Source of the DNA: Chrysomallon squamiferum
Lineage: Eukaryota; Animalia; Mollusca
Direction: 5' to 3'
NCBI GenBank assembly: GCA_012295275.1
Contig: CM022675.1
Span: 14,322,001 to 14,386,000 of the forward strand
Length of the DNA: 64,000 bases
In this document: positions 1-10,800 of the stretch, piece after piece
Layout of the letters: every line of letters begins with the position of its first letter
Numbering within the stretch: the first letter of the stretch is position 1
Made by a program: the position numbers and the translations under genes
Notes under the pieces: model-generated
Seen by the model: only the letters and a program-made list of their open reading frames with translations
Told to the model about the DNA's origin: nothing
The model's database searches: none

Positions 1-325
1 AACCATTAACAACACCAGTTCTTTTCTTAAACAGAACATATCTAACTTCATAAGAGAATATACATATTAATTCACATACGATTGTATTAATATAAATAAT
101 GTGGGTTATTAAACTTAAAACATCCAAATTTAATAATAATAATAGGTTAGCAAAATTTATATAAAAAAACATTATGAATAACAATTCTGGAAGAATATTA
201 ACTTTCCCTAGCATGTCTTATACAGTCAGTTTCAAAGTATCTGCAGATCCATGCTTCATACAGTTCTCACAAATGCAAACAATTTGATGGTAATGACTGG
301 ATAAAGAAGATCTGTGAAAACTTAC

Positions 326-683
326 CCAAATACCAGAGAACAGCACCACCCACCTGTTAAAGCAAAACAGCTATTTGTGTATCATTAAAACTGACACTAA
401 TCACAGTGGAACATGTTCAGATTGCAGGTAAGAAGAGAATCATGATGGTTTTCTAATACAGCTAATTACACAAAATCAATGGCTGGTCATAACTGTGGTG
501 TTCTGTGGCGTGAGTAAGTCACAGGTTTAAAGAATCATTATGATGGGTCTGTTTTCACAGAAACATGTTTTTTTTTTTTTTAAACTGAACATTTTATGTA
601 TCCACCTGTTGAGAGATAATGTGAAATAATGTTTGTAGTCTAACAAGGACTAACGAAAAAAAAAAAAAAAATAATAATTATGA

Positions 684-714
<31 letters not shown>

Positions 715-3626
715 AGGTAAAACAATAATAATAATAATAAATTTATATAATAAATTCCTGTAAGTTTCTGTAAGTCTTCTCATCTGTTTGTTTTTCTTAA
801 CTCAGTCAGTGGTTGATGATTTTCACAAAAACCTTTTGCATTTGTATTTGTATAAGTGTATTTAGTACATTACATGCAATACTTTACTTTATGACAGATA
901 TGTAAATATAGGAATACTGCGTATAGAACAATTATGCTTAAGTTTTGGACTTTTCTACAAATACGAACATTTAAAATAACAATTTTAATCTTTATCTGAT
1001 TTTAATGTAAGTTAATGTTTCTGCAATTTCAAGTATTAATTTCTGTTACTACTGATTTAATTCTAGGACAAACTATTCATATTTATTAATCACCTTACAG
1101 AGTTTAAAATAATGATAAACCCTTTTATTTCAGTTAACATTGAACAAGTGAATTAATCCTTTTTGCTTTATTTTTTTTTTTTAAAAGAAACTTTCTTAAG
1201 CTATTCTGAATAAATCAAACTCTCATATAATGTCTCACTGCTACTGTATCTTATGTTATAAATAACATCACAAATTGCTAAAACCAGAAGGCCATGTAGA
1301 GAACTTCTGACTGGTCTGTATGGTAATGGATATCAGATAAAGAGAATCTTCTTAGTTTGGTAATGGTATCTGACAGTAAGATTTGTTAAAATACTGATTG
1401 AGAGCAAAGTCATCAGTTTTTTTTTTTTTTTCTATACTGCTGGAATCAATATAAGTAGTCCAAGACTGATATATAAACTTTTGGATTATGCTTTATTATT
1501 TATTTATTTTATGTGACTGAAAAACAGAAGTTATTTAAAAAACACTAAATATATCTTCTTCATGTTATGTAACAAGTCCACTACAAAGCTAAAAGGTTAG
1601 TAATATGCATACTGAAAAAATTCTAGGATCACCAAAATAATCCTAGAATTTAAAGCTACTTGTGTATGTAAGACTAGCCTTTTAGTATCCTGAACAGACT
1701 CAGAATATTCTAGACTGCTGTGTACATTAGTGAAGAGTTTCTGTGCTGAAATGGAATAAATTACCTGGAAACAGAGGAAATGAAACAGAGTTCAGTGAAC
1801 GGATGGTGGATATTGAATTTAATTATAGTTTACATACTGTGAAATAAATGGATACACATCCTCCCACACAAAATCGTTAAAGTTAATTTAAATAACCAAA
1901 AAATAAATAAATATCAGTCTGAATGCACTGCACACAAACAAAAACAACATTCATTATTGAAACATTAATCAATAGTGATGTGGTCAGCTAAACAAAACAG
2001 CATAAAAAATGGACATATGGGGATAACAAATGTGTATTTGACTTTGGCTGGTGCAGAAGGTCACAGGAAAACAACAGCAATCAACCGAACATTCTCTACT
2101 GTATATAATGTCACCAATGGTTTCAGGTTTACCCAGTAGTCAGGGTAAACACCCACAGTTCATATAAAGGCTGTTAGGCTTATAGATTACTTATTGGAAT
2201 GATCATTAATTGATCACGAAATCAATGGTGATTGTCATGGCAGCAAAAACATTAACTCTGAACAGTTATTTATGTGTATATGTCTATAGATGTTTGTGTG
2301 GGAGGATATACGTAATACATGTTTGAAGGCAAGCATGTGTATTTATACTTCACTGGGTTTTTTCAAGATTAAATTAGAAATATTGTTATAAAATAACATA
2401 CCGTACAAAACACACATCAATAAAAACAAATATAACAATTGCATTTTTAATTTAAATTTTAGAAACATTTCTCCTGTAAAAGTTATGATTTAAAACATGT
2501 TTTAATAATATTCCATATATAATTAGGACATACAAAAGTGAACAGGATCATGTCAAATAAACATGCATATAAAATAAATAATAAAGAAAATTTAACTGTA
2601 ATAAATTATACTTAAAAAGAAACATGCATTTCTTAACAACTGACTTAAAAATTAAACTAAAATAATAACACACTATGTAATATAACACATCCATGATGTT
2701 CTCAGTTATTAAAAAGTAGAGAGGGTTGGTATAAATTAGTATGTTTAATTATTTATTTTTATCTTTATTAGATGTATTAAATAATAAAATTCAACAGTTC
2801 AATAAAAACTGCACATTATTTTAGGTGAATATGAATAAACTAAAAAATAAAACTGCAAAAGTTAAAGTAATAAAGAATGAATTGATATTGTGCAATTATT
2901 ATATCTAACTTTTCATTTACCAGAATTTATCTCTTTCTTTTATATTATTTCAGTATGGGTTAAAATTAAATTAGCTAAAAAAAAAAAAAAAAAAAAAAAA
3001 AATTTAAAAAAAGCAAGAAGAAAAAAATCAAAAATAAATAAATAAATAAAGAAAAATGTTTGAAACATTTCCAATTATTGTTTTACAAATGGCATTATAC
3101 TTAAAGATAACTATTATGCAAAATTTATCTAAAAAAAAAAAAAAAAATGTTGTTTCATATAGAAAATTCCAAATAAATGCAGTGTATGCATTAAGCAAAA
3201 ACAAACAAAACATTCTGTGACAGTGCTCTTCTGAAAAATCACATACATTTATTGATTTAACAAATGTAGAAAAGAAAATATAACGTTCAGTTTTCTTAAC
3301 TAGGCATTAAAAAATGAAGCAGAAATCAGGAAGTAAAGAAATTAAGAAATTAAACAAATATATTTTTATCTAATTTTTTTTCAATATAAGACTAATTCTT
3401 ACTAAGTAAATTATCTGAACTGAAATAAAAACTTACATGTTGACTATATAGTCAGTTAGCGGTAACCTAGAAGAACCTCACATAGGGTGTAGGCTAATCA
3501 AGATTGAGTGTTTTCAGCCGTAGCCAGAAAATGCACATCTCCCAAATGGAAACTTTGCAGTGTTGTTTCTAGGTCACCAGGCCGGTTGTGAACACAGCTT
3601 GAAACGTATGTGAAGTAGTTGGACAT
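326..3626 (-). other. Putative spliced transcript divergent from NCAPG2 (candidate exons 3437-3626, 1765-1836, 326-353); 5' UTR or lncRNA, continuing left of the window
   Basis: Minus-strand AG/GT-flanked segments: ttttgatgtttatcag|...|gtaagt (190 nt), catttatttcacag|...|gtaatt (72 nt), tgttttgctttaacag|GTGGGTGGTGCTGTTCTCTGGTATTTGG|gtaagt (28 nt). The first two have stops in all three frames. Motif evidence only. Confidence 0.4.
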
Positions 3627-3869
3627 CTGATAAACATCAAAATCAATTAAATTTAAGGGAATATCAAGCAATATGCTAACAACTTGGGTTCAAAGCTTTC
3701 GTAAACTTGTTTGCTTGTCACCAAGCGTGATCGCATTTAGTCTTCATACTGACTGGTTCTAGGTCACATTACGCTCTTCTAACCTATTGAACTTGGAAAC
3801 ACAGATGACTGAAAACCAATCTTATTTAAAAGTCACGCTCAAATACTTTCTTTCAAACAACTCAAACTT

Positions 3870-3915
<46 letters not shown>

Positions 3916-4129
3916 GAAGAAGAAGAAGAATAATAAGAATAAGAATAATAATATCCCTATAAGAATACTATTTCTGTTTTATGTCAGCTAAAACCTGTTG
4001 CCTTGTACTTGTATGTTAACACAAATCTATAAATTTAATTCAATACAAAATACATTTTTGGACAGAACAAATTTATTTAATTAACTAATCTTGAGCTTTC
4101 TTTGTAATCTGATTTGTAACTATAATTAT

Positions 4130-4260
4130 TAAAGCGGGAACTCAATGCATAAATAAAAATTCTATATAACTAAACTTAAATGCTCAACAGGAACTAGTAT
4201 TTATAAAATATCGTGAAGTACGAGAAATAACGCGATTTAAAATCGCGCGCACTTCAAATA
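4130..4260 (+). promoter_or_regulatory. Cell-cycle-type promoter of NCAPG2 (E2F-like site plus CDE/CHR-like element)
   Basis: GCGGGAA at 4134-4140; local CpG cluster with palindrome CGCGATTT-A-AAATCGCG (4231-4247) followed by TTCAAA (inverted CHR, 4253-4258), ~310 bp upstream of the ATG in otherwise CpG-poor DNA. Confidence 0.55.
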
Positions 4261-4565
4261 TGGTAGACGGTTCCAGGATATTGAGATCTTACTTATATTT
4301 TACGGATACCTTTTTCCTTTAAATAAATAGATAACAGAGCAGTAAAGATTTTGAATCTTCACGATATAAATGCAAATAGGTTTGTGAAAAAACATTACCA
4401 AACGAGTAACCTGAATATGTATGAAACTACCCTCTGAAGACTAAAAAGGAAACAAGTAGACAGCACTGTGTAGTCTCAAGTCTGTATACAGTATACTGTA
4501 CAGTGTTCATATTGGTGCTGTTTCTCATTACATATTTACATACACTGATACAGGTTTCTGCAGCA

Positions 4566-4736
4566 ATGAATAAAAGAGCAGAACTTATTTCGCTAACGGA
4601 GAAAGAAGATCTGGATGGCTTACTTCAGTTTATGAAAGATGTAAGTTTGTATCAATCTTGATTCTGCAAAGTAAATAAAATACTTCGACTTTATAAAGTT
4701 TCTTATTTATATATGACATACGTGTCATCTGTTTTT

Positions 4737-4828
<92 letters not shown>

Positions 4829-7800
4829 ATCATTTGAATAAAATATCAGTGTGTATTAAGTTGATAAACCCAAATAAACTTTTGTACCACCACTTGTTTT
4901 AATTTATTTGTTTATTTTAATGTTAATTTTGCATATGCTTGAAAATTAAATATTTCAGAGGAAGATAGAAGACAGAGATCTATTTGATATCTTGGCATCA
5001 TGTAGTAAAAGACAGCTGGAAGACATCTGGGAGGGAATAAGAAAGATGTCTCTTGTGACACTGCTGTGTATGGATGCTGAAGATGGAGGAGAGGTAATAC
5101 ATTAAATAAAATTAAACCTTTTATTTTTAATCAGTTTTAGATGGATATTTATGCTAAAAAAAATTGAATTAATCTCCATTTTATTTTAATTACATTTTAA
5201 GCTCAAAGGCACAACATTAATTAATTTTTTTAATAATAATTTAATGTTTTCACAATAACTTTTAATTAATAATATATATGAATGGTGATTTCTAATTAAG
5301 TAGTAATAAAGCAGTTTGATTTCAGTGTGACAGTTTGCAGATAGGACAAAATAAACTTAGTTTAGATCAGTGTAAAAAATAAAATTCTTCATGTAATTGC
5401 AGTTTCCATAATATTGTTTTAGTGGTTTATTTTTCGCTGATAACAATTTTCATTTTGAAATATATATATTATTTTTAATATTCTATGTGATGCTGAAACA
5501 TGATACAGGATGTAATATTTATCATCATTTTTATATATGAAATATGACAGACACCAAATATAGTTATAAATTTGGGTTAAACTTTATTTAATTTCCTTAT
5601 TTATTTAAATGCATGGTAAAAAATTAAAATCAGTGTTATAAATATAATAATTATTTTCTTCTTCCTATTTCAGAATAGTTTACTGAACCTACATTCATCA
5701 ATACTTATATAATTTCAGAGTTTAGAAAGATGTCTGTCTGTACTGAATTCTATCCTTCCACTTGCTGTGTGCACTTTAAACCAAGATCAGCATTACATCC
5801 CTGGTCCAATGTTTGAGGCTGTTGTTGTCATTCATGGTACCTGTATTTCATATTTTTTCTCATTAAAATGAAAAGAAAACAGCTATATTACTTGTTTTTA
5901 TGAGTTTGATATAATTATAACAACATGATACAAAAGTATAAGAGTTATTTAAGAATATGTAAACAAGATTTAGGAAAGAAAGGAAAAAGTTGACTCCATA
6001 CTTTGTATTAGGACTGATCTCGAATGATTGTTCAGTTAGCCCACGCAATACACAGTTATTAGTAAATCAATCACCACAAGTGTGAGGTTAAATGTTTTAT
6101 TATAATTAAGTTAAACTAATCAACTTTTCACCAGTTTTCCTATTAAAACAAACAGCCTTCTGGTTCCTAGTGATTTTTTTTTGATTTTTTTTTAAATTAT
6201 CTAAATTTCTGGATCGAAAAACACAGATAGAAAAACTGTATAATAAATATACAGTTATATTTATGATGGCAATACCTTTTCATGTTTTAAAGGAATTCTG
6301 ACTTCACTGCCAGAGGATGAGGATAAATTAAAAAACAATTTATGCAAGTTTTTTGAGAAGTGGTGGAGTCTAAATCTGGATGGCAGGGAGGAGCTAGCAG
6401 TGGGAACTTTGACCTATCTGTTAGAAAAATCTGTCAAGCTGGAGAAGGTGTCGGTATGAACCCTCTTACTTTGTTATTATTATTGTTCACTTAAATAAGC
6501 CATTGAATTTTAGTTTATTTAAGGTTACAGGATAATGTGGAATATAAATACTGAGATGAACATCAGCAAAATTAAAAGGGTTAATATACTGTTTATTTTT
6601 CAATCTGTGATGGAACTGTTGACAAGAATATCAGTAAAAAGGTTAACATACTGTTTATTTTTCAGTCTCTGATAGAAATATTGACAGCAATATCAGTTAA
6701 AAGGTTAACATACTAATTATTTTTCAGTCTGTGATGGAAATATTGACATGAATATCAGTAAAAGTGTTAACTTACTGTTTATTTTTCAGTCTGTGAGGGA
6801 AATCCCAGAGAAAATATTAGTAAAAGGGTGAATTTATTGTTTATTTTTCAAGCTATGAGGGAAACTGACAAGATGAATACTAGCAAAATGGCTAATTTGA
6901 GATTATTTTTCAGGCTATGAGGGAAAGGGAAAAATACATATTGATGAAATTGTTAACTTTCTGGTTATTTTTCAGGCTAGCCTTATAAGCAGAGTGTGGG
7001 ACATGAGAGAAATTCTTCCAGTTTTAAATCTGAACAGTGAAAGCAGCAACAAGCTGAAAGGATTGATACAGAATTGTTTCAGAAAAACAGAATACATGAA
7101 AGTCAGCCAGGTATGGAAAACTTATTTACATATTTATTATTCCAGAATCATTTAGAAGTGAACTTGTAATTAAATAAAATAATTTCAGATGTCTGTTTTC
7201 AAGTTTTTATTGTGTTAATGTCATAGATATTATAAGAAATGGTCTTGATTTAAAGAAATGTTAACTTGAAAGTATAAAAAAATGTATTATGTTAATCATA
7301 TGCATATTTTAAGATATAGTAATAGTTTTGATTTAAAAAAAATTTAACTTGAAAGTATGAAAAATGTACGTTTGCTACATCATCACGCCATCAAGATGTA
7401 AACATGAAATGATGGTTTGATTTGATGTTTTAGGGTCGCCGGTTTCTTTCCTTTGTTTTCACCTTGAACTTAGACTTCATTGAAACACTTCATCAGACAG
7501 TGAAAAGTATTATGCCATTCTCACCAAAGTAAGTTAATATTCACATGCTTCTTTTCATTATTTAGTCAAATTATTACATGAGTATATTATTCTATTTTAA
7601 GTTTTAAAATCCAATTTATTGTAAATTGTATTCCTGTCTCAGACTCTGGAATTCTGGTTTGTTGTTAAGCAGTAAGTAAATCATGTCTATTTGAGTTCTA
7701 GCTTATTTTCAAATTCTGTTATTTTAAATTTTTTCTTTCTTGAATATTATAATTTTTTCTGATGGATTTATGATTTAAAACATTTTTAATGTTTACTTCT

Positions 7801-10800
7801 ATTAATCTGATGTCTCTATTTATGTTTAGTTTGGAAGATTTTTCTTACATTTACTTCACATATAAAGAAAGACATGTACCTACATATGAAAAAGTTGATT
7901 AATCAAATTCATTATTTTTATGGGTTTTGTTTGTTTGTTTGTTTAAATTCAGATCATGGTGGGATAAGTATGGGGAGATTTATTTTCTTGCCTGGCAAAG
8001 GACATCTGGAAGGTTCAGAGAGGTAAGAACATAAAAATGCTGGAGCAGTGGTCATCTGAAAAAACATAAATTTACCTTCTTTTAGCTTGTGCCTGCCATC
8101 CACCAACACTCAGGGTGAGATACTCTGATGTGTATATATTCAGTAAAATTACCCCAGAAACATCTATCAGCTGATTTTGTCTGCAGTCATTGAGTTGTAT
8201 ATGTCATAAACAAAACTATTTTCAGTCTTGAGCTTTATTTTTCTTTCTTGAATTTATTTCTTAATACTCACCAGCTTATCAAATAACCAAAATAAAGAAG
8301 TCAGATCATATCTTCATACTTGTGTTATTCTCTAAAATATTTATTTGCTACATATCAGAAACAGTTATCAAATGTTTTGTTAACTTTCATAATTAAAGAA
8401 ATGGAATTTTAATATAATATTTTTCATTTCAGAAAATAGAACATTACTGTATTCAGGATCTGATGTCTCATGCTGTCCATGCTAACAGATCTGGTTCAAA
8501 ACCAATGTCAGCCATCTTGTTACGAGTACTATCCTTTTACATGTTTAAAAAGATAATCATTAAGATAAATATTAAACTTAAAATTCACATGTGTACACAT
8601 GCACACCTACACATGCATGCACATGCGCACACAAGCACAGGGAGGGAGGGAGAGAGCAGATAATTGGTTACACACTTGAGCCAAATGCAGTGAGGTGTGT
8701 GAGTAATTTGTCTCTATTTGCTTGTAGGTGCTGGGATACATACACAAACAAAAGAGACATAAACAAGTGGACGAGATGTTATTCAGATTGTACAGTCCCA
8801 TTCTGTGGAGATCATTTAAGGTAGGATTATTTCTGTTTATGTAGAGGTAGAATATTTGGATATCCAGATAACAGTCCAAAGCATACCAAGAAAATAGTTA
8901 CTTTCTATACTTTACCTTGATTATTTTATATTTTAAGTACATGTTAATCCTTGGTCAGAAAACCAGAAAAAACAGAAACTTGGGTGACCTCTTTTCAAAG
9001 CTTGCTGGATAAATGATCTGCTATCTCTGTTGACATGTTTGCAACATACTGATGTTTTGTTTTACCAAGTTATTACCATTTTTGTTTTGTTGTTTGTTTT
9101 TTCCTGCCAGTCTTTGCTGTTAATAAAACATGATTGTAAAATAATAGCCTTGTAATGTTGATATTTTATATTTTATTTATCTTTTCCTGCATAAAAGTAT
9201 AACAATATACCATATGGATTACATCTTTTGAAATAAAAGATGACATACATTCTCATGAGTATATTATTTTGGGTTAATGAAATATCCTTTATTGCTAGCA
9301 AAGATTGTACTCTGTGATGAAGAAAATATTATATCAAGCCATTTATGAGTATCAGTGATAGGAAATGTTTCTTTTTTTAATGTTCAGGTGGTAAATAGCA
9401 ATAGCACATTATTTTTACAACAAAGATAGTGCTCTTTATTCAACAATATATTATGTCATTTATGAGTATTGGGAAATTATACAAATCGTTTGTTTCAATG
9501 TTCACATGGCAAATCATACACTAAGAGATACACATTATCTTGTGTTATTTAAATCATAAATATAGTACTTTGTTCTACTTTATTAGTAGCAAAGTTTGTG
9601 CTGTATTATGAAGAATATGTATTAAATCATTTATAAGTATTGGGAAATGATATAAAATGTTTCTGCTTTAATGTTCAGATGGAAAATCATACAGCAAGGG
9701 CACATTTTGTTCTATTTAAATGTCATACTTTATTACACTTTATTACCAGCAAAGTTGGTGCCATGTGTTCAAAAAAAATATGAAGTCCTTTATAAGTATC
9801 AGGAAATGATAAAAACCATTCTGTTTCAATGTTCAGCAAGAGCACATTATTTTGTTTTATTAAATATCACATTTTACTACTAGCAAAGATCATGCTTTAT
9901 AATGAATAATATATTATATTAGTAATTTAAATAATGTTTCAGGTGGCAAATCATACAGTGCGAGCTAATGCTGCACTGCTGTTGTGTGATGTCTTCCCAC
10001 TCACAGATCCTGATTCAAACGCTGCTGATGGGGATGCACTTTTACAAAAACAGTTTGATCTTTTGTTGGTAAGTTTATCACTGATCTGGAAACTGCTGGT
10101 GTTTTTGAATATATAATTTTATATAAAATCTGAGTATGTATTATAATAAGATCTATATGTGGACATTATAATATATTGCAAAAATGGCATGTTAGTGTAT
10201 TATTCTTCCCAGAATGCATAAAAGCACATAAAAAATTCTCAAATATCTAACAAGGAAGAAGGGATGAAATGTAAAATATTTATTTTGCTTTATTCATACC
10301 TTATTGTAGTTTTGATTTAGGTTGTTATTTTTTTTATATATATATTTATATTTTTAAATTTAAATTATTTTCTTTTCAATTTATTTAAAATTTAAGTTTG
10401 TTATTTTCAAAGATGCTGCTGTTTGACCCAAGTCACACAGTTCGAGTGATCACTGTGCAGGGTGTGTGTCGAATCATGGCAGTCTACTGGGAGATGATTC
10501 CAGTTGATGTCATCAAGTCTTTTATAACCAAGCTTGTACAGGATCTTGTCCATGATGCTAGCAGTGCAGAGGTCCGGCACATGGTTTTCAAGGTTTGTAT
10601 CAGTATTTTCACAGTGACAGAGCTGTTGCCATCAAATAGCAAAACCATTAACTTGACTGACAAATGACATAAATATCAGTAATAACAGAAATATTAGCTT
10701 GAGGAGAAAACAAGAAAGGATAGATCTTGTTTGATTATTGAGAACATCTTTAAGGATCCTTTTAGTTTGTTCTGAACCTGAAAACCTATTATAAGTCAGT

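Noticed and set aside
1333-1416. Possible minus-strand box C/D snoRNA (CTGATGA ... CTGA, ~84 nt)
   Set aside because: Non-consensus C box, no terminal stem, and no rRNA-complementary guide that I can recognise.
1618-1651. 12-bp hairpin aaattctaggat-N10-atcctagaattt (and an 11-bp inverted repeat at 21089-21157)
   Set aside because: Short AT-rich inverted repeats can arise by chance in 64 kb; no other support.
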